This document shows positions 26,683-35,614 of a DNA stretch of 53,636 nucleotides, one piece after another; position 1 is the first letter of the stretch, and each line of letters begins with the position of its first letter. The stretch spans positions 1 through 53,636 of the forward strand of contig CBDTXM010000002.1 of assembly GCA_965364445.1 (NCBI GenBank), given 5' to 3'. The notes under the pieces were generated by a model. The model made no database searches. It had not been told where the DNA came from and saw nothing but the letters and a program-made list of their open reading frames with translations. This DNA is from an uncultured bacterium (GTDB lineage: Bacteria; Gemmatimonadota; Gemmatimonadetes; Palauibacterales; Palauibacteraceae). Position numbers and translations under genes: made by a program.

Positions 26683-27642
26683 TCAGATTACCATGAAGAT
26701 GAACAGCGCATAGCCTGCAAGAAGGAACCCGCCCTCCGCACGGCTGATCCGCGCGCCGGTGTACGCGATGGGGATCAGCGCGAGGCAGAACAGGAACGCG
26801 GGCAGAAGCTCGGTCTGCACGGCGAGGTGGGAAAACTCCAGCGGGCGGACGACCGCGGCCGTGCCGAGTACGAGCCCGAGATTGAAGATGTTGGAACCGA
26901 TTACGTTTCCGATCGCGATGTCCCCCAGGCCGCGCGCGGCGGCGGCGATCGTGGAGGCCAGCTCCGGCACCGACGTGCCCACGGCCACGAGAGTCGCTCC
27001 GATGACCTCTTCGGGTACGTCGAACGCACGGGCGATATTGACCGCCGAGTCGACCAACCAGTCGGCCCCCAGCAGCAGCATTACGAGTCCGAGGACGACG
27101 CGCGCCCAATTCAGCCATGGACGCCGGCCTTCGGGGTCTCCCTTTTCCCTGGCGATCTCGATCTCGGCGGAGATCATGTCCTCGCTGTGTCCTGAGGCGT
27201 GCCCCCACCGGAACAGATAGTAGATGTAGAATCCGAAGACGCTCAACAGAAGGAATCCGTCAAATCGATCAACCGTGCCGTTGTAGGCTAGAATCATCAC
27301 GACGAGTAGAAAGCCGATGAGGAGCGGAGCCTCCCTCCGAATCAATCTGCGGTGCACCGAAATCGGCCGGATCAGAGCTCCCAGACCGACGATCAGTCCC
27401 ACGTTCGCGACCGTCGATCCCATGATGTTCCCGATTGCCAGGCCCGACTGTCCGCGAAGCGCAGCCGCACTGGACACGACGAGCTCAGGGGCTGAGGTCC
27501 CGAAAGCGACAATGGTCAGACCGACCATGAGCGGGCTCACGCCTCGCTGGGAGGCGACCCGAGCGGCGCCTGTGACCAGCCAGTCGGCACCCAGAGTCAG
27601 CGCGGTCAGGCCGACCGCGAACAGGAGAAGCTCGAGGATCAA
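26683..27642 (-). CDS. Ca2+/Na+ antiporter (CaCA / YrbG family)
   Basis: 319 aa with two internally repeated membrane halves, each carrying the alpha-repeat GTSAPELV / GTSVPELA. TTG start with GGAG upstream. Confidence 0.9.
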   Translation of the reverse strand: MILELLLFAVGLTALTLGADWLVTGAARVASQRGVSPLMVGLTIVAFGTSAPELVVSSAAALRGQSGLAIGNIMGSTVANVGLIVGLGALIRPISVHRRLIRREAPLLIGFLLVVMILAYNGTVDRFDGFLLLSVFGFYIYYLFRWGHASGHSEDMISAEIEIAREKGDPEGRRPWLNWARVVLGLVMLLLGADWLVDSAVNIARAFDVPEEVIGATLVAVGTSVPELASTIAAAARGLGDIAIGNVIGSNIFNLGLVLGTAAVVRPLEFSHLAVQTELLPAFLFCLALIPIAYTGARISRAEGGFLLAGYALFIFMVI

Positions 27643-27692
27643 CCGGCGCTCCGGGACCGCATCTCAGCCTTGCGTCCAGGATGAGGATAGCG

Positions 27693-27701
27693 TGTGGATA
27701 A
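27693..27701 (+). promoter_or_regulatory. Perfect DnaA box (TGTGGATAA)
   Basis: Exact 9/9 match to the reverse complement of TTATCCACA. It is intergenic. A 7/9 box, TGAGGATAG, sits immediately upstream (27682-27690). Confidence 0.5.
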
Positions 27702-27823
27702 CTTCCCGCGCGCCGCAACTCGTCGCAAAGGAAGAGCGTAGCGCCTCACAGCTGATTCCGGTTGAAGCTCAGATACCATAACACACTGTTAGATATAGGT
27801 TTATGTAGTCCGAGGCGCTCCGC

Positions 27824-28255
27824 TCAGCCCGTCCGCGACTCCTTGGCTTTGGCCACTTCGCCAGCCTTCGCACGTGCCTCCGAACTCTGTTGAACGTTGG
27901 CACCCATGTGCAGTGCTCCGTCGACCTGGCCGCCCTCCTCGAGCTTCACCCGGCGACTGCGAATATCGCCCTCGATCCGACAACTCGCCTGTAGCTCGAC
28001 GCGGCTCTCGGCCGTGACGCTGCCGTTCACCCGACCGGCGATGATCGCGTCCTGCGTGCTGACGTCGCCGACCACCAGTCCGTCCTTCCCGACGACCACG
28101 CTCTTGGCTGCTCTCACGGCTCCCTCTATGGAGCCTTCGACACGAATCGTCCCGTCGCTCTCGCAGTCTCCCGTGATCTTCATCCCGGGTCCGATGATCG
28201 ACACGACGTCGCCGAGCTCGCGCGGCGAGCCGTTGCCGAGACCCTTCGTCATCAT
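27824..28255 (-). CDS. Bactofilin
   Basis: Trimmed to MMTKGLGNG..., with GGAGG 7 nt upstream. It has the repetitive beta-helix pattern (KITGDCESDGTIRVEGSIEGAVRAAKSVVVGKDGLVVGDVSTQDAIIAGRVNGSV...) typical of the bactofilin domain. Confidence 0.9.
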   Translation of the reverse strand: MMTKGLGNGSPRELGDVVSIIGPGMKITGDCESDGTIRVEGSIEGAVRAAKSVVVGKDGLVVGDVSTQDAIIAGRVNGSVTAESRVELQASCRIEGDIRSRRVKLEEGGQVDGALHMGANVQQSSEARAKAGEVAKAKESRTG

Positions 28256-28289
28256 GAGCTGCCTCCCCCCGTTTGCAGTTCCTGTTCGG

Positions 28290-29078
28290 TCATGACCTGC
28301 CGGAGACCCAGGGCAAGGGATCCACCGGCTCTCCGTCCTGTTCGATCTCCAGGTGAAGGTGGGGCGCGGTAGATCGACCCGTATTGCCCGACAGGGCAAT
28401 CACTTCGCCGGCTTCCACCGTGTCGCCCTCTGCGGCGAACACCCAGGATGCGTGTGCGTACAGTGAGCGAAGACCATCGCCGTGCTCGATCCTGACATAG
28501 CGACCATACTCCCTGTCCTCGCCCGCTTCATCGACCACGCCGGCCCCCGCCGCACGGATGTAGGAGCCCGAAGGCACGGCAATATCCAGTCCGACATGGC
28601 CGCCATCGCGGACTGAAGACGTATCTCCGAAGGCCCGCGTGACGAAGCCGGGCTCGACCAGAGGCCAGAGTCGCGGACCGGGCTCGTACTCGGATTCGGG
28701 CCGTGTCGTCCCTCCACTCCGCGACTCGGTCGATCCAACCGCCGGCAGCAGGATGTCTCCAGCGGAGGGTTCGACTTCACCGGTCATGACGCCTCGCAGC
28801 TGATCGTAGGAGCGTTCCATCTCCGTCAGGGTCGCCGCGAGACGCTCGATCTTCGCCGTCTCCCCCTGAAGAGAGTCGATGCGAGATTCCAGTTCCGCCA
28901 CCCTGGCTGGCGTTTGCAGAGACGCCGCCCATCGACCGGCGGCGAAGGAGCCGAGAACGCCGGCGACCGCGACGAACCCGAGCAGAAGCATCCTGAGAGG
29001 GCTGAGCACGAACCGGTGCGACTGCGCCTCACCTTCGCGCACGAACAGCACGTTCCACCGGCCGCCGGATGACGTCAT
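28290..29078 (-). CDS. Bitopic M23 (LytM) endopeptidase with N-terminal anchor and coiled coil
   Basis: TM segment LLLGFVAVAGVLGSFAAG, coiled coil ELESRIDSLQGETAKIERLAATLTEMERSYDQL, and M23 motifs HVGLDI and APHLHLE. ATGA overlap with the parB stop. Confidence 0.9.
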   Translation of the reverse strand: MTSSGGRWNVLFVREGEAQSHRFVLSPLRMLLLGFVAVAGVLGSFAAGRWAASLQTPARVAELESRIDSLQGETAKIERLAATLTEMERSYDQLRGVMTGEVEPSAGDILLPAVGSTESRSGGTTRPESEYEPGPRLWPLVEPGFVTRAFGDTSSVRDGGHVGLDIAVPSGSYIRAAGAGVVDEAGEDREYGRYVRIEHGDGLRSLYAHASWVFAAEGDTVEAGEVIALSGNTGRSTAPHLHLEIEQDGEPVDPLPWVSGRS

Positions 29079-29986
29079 ACGTCCTCGAACAACTCCGCGG
29101 AATCGCGGGCTTCGAGCATACGCCTGATGATCCGCTCGAAGTCCTCGGCGTCGTGGAATGGAATCCTGATTTCCCCTGCCGCCTTGCTCCGGAGCCTGAC
29201 CTTCACGTCGGTTCCGAAGTACCGGGCCAGTGCCGTCGCCGCCCTGCGCGCGACGGGATCGCCCTCACCGCCGCCCGTACGACCGGAAGCGTTCCGTCCG
29301 GCGCCCCCGGCACGATCAGGTCCGCCGCGTGCGCGTCGCTCCGCCTCGCGGACGGACAGCCCTTCGGCGGCGATCCGTCGCGCGAGCTGAAGTTTCGCGG
29401 CGTCCGAGTCAAGCGACAGCACGGCCCGAGCGTGCCCGGCGCTGAGTGCCCCTGAGGCGAGCATCTCCTGAACTTCGGGTGGCAACGTGAGCAGACGAAG
29501 GCTGTTCGCGACTGTCGATCGACTGCGTCCGACCCGACCCGCCACCTGATTCTGGGTCAGGCCGAATCCGTCGATCAGACGCTGATAAGCCACCGCCTCC
29601 TCGATCGCATTGAGCTCTTCACGTTGAAGGTTCTCCACCAGGGCCAGCAGCAGCATCTGCTCGTCCGAGAGGTCCCTGACGATCACCGGAGCCGTTTTCC
29701 GGCCGAGGCCGGTGAGAGCACGCAGTCGGCGTTCGCCCGCAACCAGCTCGTAGCCCGTGTCTGTCGGACGAACAACCAGCGGTTGCAGCAGACCGTTCTC
29801 GCGGATGGAAGCCTCGAGTTCGCTCAGAGCCTCAGGGTCGAATTCGCGGCGTGGCTGAAACGGATTCGCGCGGATTCGCTTCAGCTCGATATCGCGGACC
29901 GGCTGCTCGTCCAGCTCCTGCTCATCGAGCATGTCCCCCAGCAACGCCCCAAGGCCGCGCCCAAGTCTGTTCTTCGTGTCAGGCAA
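29075..29986 (-). CDS. parB: Chromosome partitioning protein ParB/Spo0J
   Basis: ParB box LLQPLVVRP...YELVAGERRLRA, HTH QNQVAGRVGRSRSTVANSLRLL. 303 aa. Confidence 0.95.
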   Translation of the reverse strand: MPDTKNRLGRGLGALLGDMLDEQELDEQPVRDIELKRIRANPFQPRREFDPEALSELEASIRENGLLQPLVVRPTDTGYELVAGERRLRALTGLGRKTAPVIVRDLSDEQMLLLALVENLQREELNAIEEAVAYQRLIDGFGLTQNQVAGRVGRSRSTVANSLRLLTLPPEVQEMLASGALSAGHARAVLSLDSDAAKLQLARRIAAEGLSVREAERRARGGPDRAGGAGRNASGRTGGGEGDPVARRAATALARYFGTDVKVRLRSKAAGEIRIPFHDAEDFERIIRRMLEARDSAELFEDV

Positions 29987-30770
29987 CTCCCGCCCTCCGT
30001 TTCCTCGTGTCCCGCCTCACGATTTCGGATGCCAGGCTCAGGTAGCCCCGGGCGCCGGTCGACAGGACGTCATACAGAGCGATCGGCTGCCCGAAACTCG
30101 GGGCCTCGGCCAGGCGGACATTCCGCGGAATCGCGGTCCGAAACACCTTCGCTCCGAAGTACTCCTCCGCCTCTCCCTTCACCTGCTTCGAGAGGTTGAG
30201 ACGCGAATCGAACATCGTCAGGAGAACGCCTTCGATCCCCAGCTCCCGATTCAGGTTCCGCTGCACGATACGCACCGTATTGAGCAACTGGCTGAGCCCT
30301 TCCAGTGCATAGAATTCGCACTGGATGGGAATCAGCACCGAGTCGGACGCCACGAGCGCATTCAGGGTCAACAGACCCAGCGACGGAGGGGAGTCGATCA
30401 GGATGTAGTCGTAGTCATCACGCACCGGCTCGAGAGCACTACGCAGCACTCGCTCCCGATTCGGCCGCTCGATCAACTCGATCTCTGCACCCGCCAGGTC
30501 ACGGCTGGCCGGCACGACATCCAGCATCGGGAAGTGAACGCTCTGTCGGAGCGCCTCCGACACCGGGACCTCGTTGATCAGGCAGTCGTAGATGTCGGGA
30601 AGCCCCGGATCCTGGGCAATCCCGAGCCCGCTGGTGGCGTTGGATTGCGGGTCGGAATCGACGATCAGTGTGCGCTTCTCGGCCACGGCGAGAGATGCGC
30701 CGAGGTTGATCGCGGTAGTCGTTTTGCCGACACCGCCCTTCTGATTCGCGATGGCGATGACACGTCCCAT
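29979..30770 (-). CDS. parA: Chromosome partitioning ATPase ParA/Soj
   Basis: Trimmed to MGRVIAIANQKGGVGKTTTAINL (deviant Walker A). Overlaps the parB start by 8 nt. Confidence 0.95.
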   Translation of the reverse strand: MGRVIAIANQKGGVGKTTTAINLGASLAVAEKRTLIVDSDPQSNATSGLGIAQDPGLPDIYDCLINEVPVSEALRQSVHFPMLDVVPASRDLAGAEIELIERPNRERVLRSALEPVRDDYDYILIDSPPSLGLLTLNALVASDSVLIPIQCEFYALEGLSQLLNTVRIVQRNLNRELGIEGVLLTMFDSRLNLSKQVKGEAEEYFGAKVFRTAIPRNVRLAEAPSFGQPIALYDVLSTGARGYLSLASEIVRRDTRKRRAGVA

Positions 30771-30941
30771 CGGCGCCCCGTGGCTCCTGGTTCGAGATCG
30801 TATGATGTGGCACACAGCAACGTCCGGTGGGGCCGGCGCCTCGCCGTCCTCACGCCCTCAGCCCGGGCGCGTTCGCACGCGCCCGTCTCGCCGGGCCCCG
30901 AATATACCCAAGAGGGGTCGAGACGCCAACAAACAGGGAAT

Positions 30942-30957
30942 TGTTGCACGTGCAACA
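30942..30957. other. parS site (perfect 16-bp palindrome)
   Basis: TGTTGCACGTGCAACA, compared with the consensus TGTTNCACGTGAAACA. It is intergenic between mnmG and parA. Confidence 0.8.
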
Positions 30958-30963
30958 GCTACG

Positions 30964-30980
30964 GTCGGGCCCGCCCCGAC
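30964..30980 (-). terminator. Short GC hairpin right after the mnmG stop
   Basis: GTCGGG ... CCCGAC forms a 6-bp stem with a 4-5 nt loop. There is no U-tract. Confidence 0.3.
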
Positions 30981-32894
30981 TCACACTTCGCCGGGTGGCG
31001 GCAGCTCGGTCGGTGTTTCACGTGCAACATCGCCTCCCGAGCGCTTCCGAATCTCGACGAGAAGATTCTGAAGGTCCGCAGGAGAGATGCCGGGTATTCG
31101 GGCCGCCTGGCCCAGGCTTTCAGGGCGGACTTTCTCGAGCTTGTGCCTCGCTTCCCACGACAGGGATCCGAACTCCAGGTACGCGGCGTCCGAGGGAAGG
31201 GGGTGTTCATCCCTTCGACGGAGAGAATCGGCGCGGGCTCGGTCTCGCTCGATGTACCCGGCGTACTTCGTCTCCATCTCGACCGTGGTACACGCGTCGG
31301 CATCGAATGCCGCGCCCTCCAGGGGTCCGCCGGCTGTGAGCAGCGCCTCGAGGTTCACCTCGGGCCGCCGCAGCAGTCGCTCCAGCGGCTGGGGCTCAAG
31401 AATGGGTGAGCCACCTCGCGCCTGAAGCCAGTCGTTCACCTGCTCGGGTCTCAACCGAGCTTCTTCCACCCATTCCCGGGTTCGATCTACGAGACCCAGG
31501 TGCTCGTGCAGGTGCCGACTCTCTTCGTCGGTCAGCAAACCGAGTCGTTCCGCAACGGGCCCTAGACGGGTCAAGCAGTTGTCCTGACGCAGGATAAGTC
31601 GAAATTCCGCCCTCGAGGTGAACAGCCGATACGGTTCGTCCACTCCGCGCGTGACCAGGTCGTCCACGAGGACGCCCAGAAACGCTTCGTCACGCGCGGG
31701 CACCCAGGGGTCGCGCTCCTGAACCTGGAGCGCTGCATTGATCCCCGCGACCACACCCTGGCCGGCGGCCTCCTCGTATCCCGTGGTCCCGTTGATCTGG
31801 CCGGCGAGCCACAGTCCCGGCAAGTCGGGAAGCGCGAGGGTCGCCGAAAGACGCTCCGGTGCAAAGAAATCGTACTCGATGGCGTATCCCGGTTGGGTCA
31901 TCCTCGCGGACTCCAGTCCCGGAACGGCCCTGAGGAATCGCCGTTGCACATCGGGGGGAAGAGAGGTCGAGAGGCCGTTCACGTACAGCTCCGTGGTCTC
32001 CAGGCCTTCCGGCTCGAGGAACACCTGGTGACGGTCGGCGTCAGGGAACTTCACCACCTTGTCCTCGATGGACGGGCAGTAGCGAGGGCCCATCGAGCTG
32101 ATCGCTCCGCCGTAAAGCGCCGAAAGTCCGAGGCTCTCGCGGACGATTTCCTTCACCTCCGGTCCGGCGCTCCCGATCCAGCAGGGAAGGGAAGGAAGCC
32201 CGGCCGCCCGCTCCCAGTGAGAGAATCGATGGCCCTCCACCTCGCCATCCTGCCGGTGAAAGCGCTCGAAATCGACGGTGCGCCCATCGATCCGCGGTGG
32301 CGTGCCGGTCTTGAATCGCTCGGCCCTCATTCCGAGGTCCGAAAGCTGCTCGGCAAGCCGGATCGATGGCGGATCTCCGGCGCGTCCGGCTTCCAGGTGC
32401 CTGTCCGTTCCCAGGTGGATCCGGCCCCGAAGAAAGGTGCCCGCCGTGAGCACGACCGCCCGCGTTCGAAATCGGCTGCCGTCGGAGGCGATGACGCCCG
32501 ACACACGGCCGTCCTCGACCAGCAGCGCCTCGACGGTCGCCTGAAAGAGGTCCAGCGACTCGCGTTCTTCGAGCTGCCTCCGCACTTCCCTCGGGTAGAG
32601 ACCCCGGTCGCACTGTGCCCGCGGGGCCCACACCGCCGGTCCCTTCGAACGGTTCAACATCCTGAAGTGCAGCGTCGTGCGATCCGTCGCTCTGCCCATC
32701 AATCCACCGAGCGCGTCCACCTCGCGGGCCACGGTTCCCTTTGCGACACCCCCGATTGCCGGATTGCAGGACATCTGTCCGATCCGGGCCAGGAAAGATG
32801 TGATCAGGAGCGTGCGCGCACCGAGTCGTGCGGCCGCATTCGCGGCTTCACTCCCCGCATGTCCCCCACCAATGACGATTACGTCGTAGTCCAT
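30981..32894 (-). CDS. mnmG: tRNA uridine 5-carboxymethylaminomethyl modification enzyme MnmG (GidA)
   Basis: Trimmed to MDYDVIVIGGGHAGSEAANAAARLGARTLLIT (FAD fold). About 637 aa, with family-typical segments throughout. Confidence 0.95.
   Translation of the reverse strand: MDYDVIVIGGGHAGSEAANAAARLGARTLLITSFLARIGQMSCNPAIGGVAKGTVAREVDALGGLMGRATDRTTLHFRMLNRSKGPAVWAPRAQCDRGLYPREVRRQLEERESLDLFQATVEALLVEDGRVSGVIASDGSRFRTRAVVLTAGTFLRGRIHLGTDRHLEAGRAGDPPSIRLAEQLSDLGMRAERFKTGTPPRIDGRTVDFERFHRQDGEVEGHRFSHWERAAGLPSLPCWIGSAGPEVKEIVRESLGLSALYGGAISSMGPRYCPSIEDKVVKFPDADRHQVFLEPEGLETTELYVNGLSTSLPPDVQRRFLRAVPGLESARMTQPGYAIEYDFFAPERLSATLALPDLPGLWLAGQINGTTGYEEAAGQGVVAGINAALQVQERDPWVPARDEAFLGVLVDDLVTRGVDEPYRLFTSRAEFRLILRQDNCLTRLGPVAERLGLLTDEESRHLHEHLGLVDRTREWVEEARLRPEQVNDWLQARGGSPILEPQPLERLLRRPEVNLEALLTAGGPLEGAAFDADACTTVEMETKYAGYIERDRARADSLRRRDEHPLPSDAAYLEFGSLSWEARHKLEKVRPESLGQAARIPGISPADLQNLLVEIRKRSGGDVARETPTELPPPGEV
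31014..31029. other. parS site inside the 3' end of mnmG
   Basis: TGTTTCACGTGCAACA, one position off a perfect palindrome. It lies 72 bp from the first parS. Confidence 0.75.
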
Positions 32895-33002
32895 GCCGTC
32901 GCGTACCCCTCCATTCGTCGCCAGATTCGAGTTCGCGGTCCGACCCCCGGGACTCGAGACGGGCGATCGCCCTCGAAGATCGCGAAGATAGGCAGGGAGG
33001 CC

Positions 33003-33290
33003 ATGTCGCACCAAACAGACGAGGTGAGAGCCGATTATCGCGTGATCGGGCGGGTCCAGGGAGTCGGCTTTCGCTGGTGGACTCTGCAGGTCGGACGAGA
33101 GCTCGGACTGCGCGGTACGGTTCGAAACTGCGAGGATGGCTCCGTCGAGGTTCGGGTCGCGGGTAGCCGCACCGCGATCGACCGGCTGTGCGCAGCCCTT
33201 CGCGCAGGCTCTCCGTTCTCGGTGGTCACCGAGGTGCGGGAGATCCCTGAAGAAGGCGATCTGCCCCGGGATTTAGCGGTTCTTCGCTGA
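33003..33290 (+). CDS. acyP: Acylphosphatase
   Basis: This is the last 95 codons of the long shadow ORF 31893..33290. VIGRVQGVGFRWWT...GLRGTVRNCEDGSVEV is the acylphosphatase signature. Confidence 0.85.
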   Translation: MSHQTDEVRADYRVIGRVQGVGFRWWTLQVGRELGLRGTVRNCEDGSVEVRVAGSRTAIDRLCAALRAGSPFSVVTEVREIPEEGDLPRDLAVLR

Positions 33291-33363
33291 CGGCACCTTT
33301 TCGGATTCAGGGTGTATTGCGCCCTCGTAAACGGACTTCTGAATGCCTTCTGAGGATCAACTG

Positions 33364-34161
33364 ATGATAGAGCTCCCCGACGTCGAGCGAATGATCGACG
33401 CCTTCGCCGGGTACGCGACCGGAAAGACTGTTTCGGCCGTGCTTATCGACAACGAAGAATCCGTCGATATCGACCCGGAGCTGACCGAAGAGAAGATCCA
33501 GGGACATGCGATCGACTCCGTGGAGCGTCACGGACGCTTCGTGGTCGTGCGATTCCGTTCCGGTGCCAATCTCGTTTTCCACATGGGAAACGATGGGCGG
33601 ATCTTCCTGGAGTCGCAGACGACCCCTCCCGATGATGACAGCAGGATTCGCCTCCAGTTCGCCGCGGGACGCGAACTCCGGTTTGCCGCTCCCGCGGACG
33701 AAGGCGAGATCCACCTCGTGGACGGCGAGGACTTCAGCGGACTGGGGACCTTCGAACGACTCGGCCTCGATCCCCTCAGCGAGGAATTCACGTCAGCCGT
33801 GTTCGTGAAGCTCGCAGCTGAAAAGCCCAGGACTTCACTCAAGGGCGTCCTGATGAACCAGGAGATCGTGGCCGGGATCGGGAACGAGTACGCGGACGAG
33901 ATCTGCTTCCAGGCAGGATATCGGCCCGACCTGAAGGTCAAGGACATGACGGTCGAGCAACTGGAACGGGTCCACACGTATCTTCGACGGGTTCTGCGGA
34001 GGGCGACACTTCACTGGCAGGCCGCGCACGCGGATCCGGGCTGGCTGATCAATCGCCGCGCCCCGGGCAGCAACTGCCCCCGGTGCTCGAGCTCCCTGAA
34101 GTCGATGAGCGTATCGGGCCGGAAGACGTATCTCTGCCCCCGCTGCCAGCGGGTCGCCTGA
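33364..34161 (+). CDS. Fpg/Nei-family DNA glycosylase homologue (H2TH + zinc finger), atypical N-terminus
   Basis: H2TH LMNQEIVAGIGNEYADEICFQAGYRP and zinc finger CPRCSSSL...YLCPRCQ. The ATG at 33364 has GAGGA 7 nt upstream, whereas the ORF-track start at 33343 has no good SD. Confidence 0.8.
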   Translation: MIELPDVERMIDAFAGYATGKTVSAVLIDNEESVDIDPELTEEKIQGHAIDSVERHGRFVVVRFRSGANLVFHMGNDGRIFLESQTTPPDDDSRIRLQFAAGRELRFAAPADEGEIHLVDGEDFSGLGTFERLGLDPLSEEFTSAVFVKLAAEKPRTSLKGVLMNQEIVAGIGNEYADEICFQAGYRPDLKVKDMTVEQLERVHTYLRRVLRRATLHWQAAHADPGWLINRRAPGSNCPRCSSSLKSMSVSGRKTYLCPRCQRVA

Positions 34162-34203
34162 CCGGAATCACGCGGTCGTAGCCGGTCGGCAGAGACCGAT
34201 CGG

Positions 34204-35595
34204 CTACTTTCCGACGCAGAAGCTGGAGAATACGCGGTCCAGCAGATCCTCAGTGGACACCGATCCCAGCAGTTCCTCGAGTCTGACGGTGGCATCCTGC
34301 AGGTGCGTGACCGCGATCTCCGGAGGCAGACCTGCCTCGCACGCTGCTGAGAACTCCTCAACCGAGCCTCGGGCCGATTCGAGCGCCCGGACATGGCGGC
34401 GCCGTGTAACGAGGGGCGCCTCCGGACGGGCTCGCAGGCCGGACCAGGCGGCGTCGAGCATCTTCTTTCTCAGCTTCTCGATACCCTCACCCTGCTCAGC
34501 CGACAGACGAACCTGCGGCCGGGCAAGATCGATGTCCGCCGGCGACTCCGGGTTACCTGCGGGATGCAGATCTCCCTTGGTGCGGACCAGAATCGTCGTC
34601 CTTCCGTTCGAAGGCCATTGATCCAGGAATGCGATCTCATCCGGTGCGAGAGACCGTCCTGACTCGACGCAGAAGAGCACGATATCGGCCCGCCCCAGAT
34701 AGCTGCGTGCGACCTCGATCCCGATTTCCTCGACGGCTCCTGTCGCCTCCCGCAGGCCGGCCGTGTCCACGAGCCGGAATGGATACCCTTCCACGCCGAC
34801 GACCGCCTCGATCGCATCCCGCGTCGTGCCCGGATGCTCCGTGACGATCGCCCTTTCAAACCCCACTAAACTATTGAAAAGACTTGACTTACCTGCGTTT
34901 GGCCGGCCGGCGATCACGGTGAGTGCGCCCTCTCGGAGCATCTCGCCCTCGGGGGCGAGAGCGAGGAGCGCGTCCAGGTCGTGGTGCAACTCGGCCACGG
35001 CTTCATCGACCCGGGTGCGCTCGAGCGGACCGTCGTCTTCTTCCGGGAAGTCGATGTCATAGGCCAGCAGGGCCTGCACCGCGATCAAGCGCTCTCGGAG
35101 GGATTCGATCCTCCGGGACAGGCCTCTCTCGAGTTGCCGGAGTGCAGCACCCGCGAGCGCGGGCGATGCGGCTTCGATCAGGTCGGCTGTCGCCTCGGCC
35201 TGCAGGAGATCGATTCGCCCGTTCAGGTAGGCGCGCCGGGTGAATTCGCCGGGATTCGCCAGGCGGGCTCCGGCCGCGAGAACGGCGTCCAGCACCAGTT
35301 CCGGAAGGAGCGTTCCGCCGTGAGAGCTGATCTCCAGGAGATCCTCTCCCGTGTACGAAGCAGGACCCGGGAAGAGCACGGCCAGCACCCGGTCCACGGG
35401 CTGGCCGCCCTCGGGATGCTCGAGACGGCGCAGAAACGCAGTGCGGGGGGTGAGGCCGGTCAAGCCCAGGCGACGGGCGACGTTCGACGTGTCGGGGCCC
35501 GAAATACGCACGACGGCGATGGCCCCTCTCCCGGGAGCCGTCGCGATCGCCGCGATCGTATCGTTCCCGGTGTTCGACTCGGAGCTCCGTACCAT
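34204..35595 (-). CDS. mnmE: tRNA modification GTPase MnmE (TrmE)
   Basis: G-domain GRPNAGKSSLFN, DTAG, and C-terminal CVGK tetrapeptide. Confidence 0.95.
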   Translation of the reverse strand: MVRSSESNTGNDTIAAIATAPGRGAIAVVRISGPDTSNVARRLGLTGLTPRTAFLRRLEHPEGGQPVDRVLAVLFPGPASYTGEDLLEISSHGGTLLPELVLDAVLAAGARLANPGEFTRRAYLNGRIDLLQAEATADLIEAASPALAGAALRQLERGLSRRIESLRERLIAVQALLAYDIDFPEEDDGPLERTRVDEAVAELHHDLDALLALAPEGEMLREGALTVIAGRPNAGKSSLFNSLVGFERAIVTEHPGTTRDAIEAVVGVEGYPFRLVDTAGLREATGAVEEIGIEVARSYLGRADIVLFCVESGRSLAPDEIAFLDQWPSNGRTTILVRTKGDLHPAGNPESPADIDLARPQVRLSAEQGEGIEKLRKKMLDAAWSGLRARPEAPLVTRRRHVRALESARGSVEEFSAACEAGLPPEIAVTHLQDATVRLEELLGSVSTEDLLDRVFSSFCVGK

Positions 35596-35614
35596 TACCG
35601 CCGCCCTCCCGGAA

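Noticed and set aside
30808-30824. TGGCAC hexamer upstream of parA (possible sigma-54 -24 element)
   Set aside because: The sequence 5 nt downstream is AACG, not TTGC, so there is no -12 element.
29931-31409. 492-aa plus-strand ORF across parA and the mnmG 3' end
   Set aside because: It is antisense to parA and mnmG. I recognise no motifs.
31893-33002. Upstream 370 codons of the ORF 31893..33290
   Set aside because: Only the last 95 codons (the acylphosphatase, from the ATG at 33003) look real. The remainder is antisense to mnmG.
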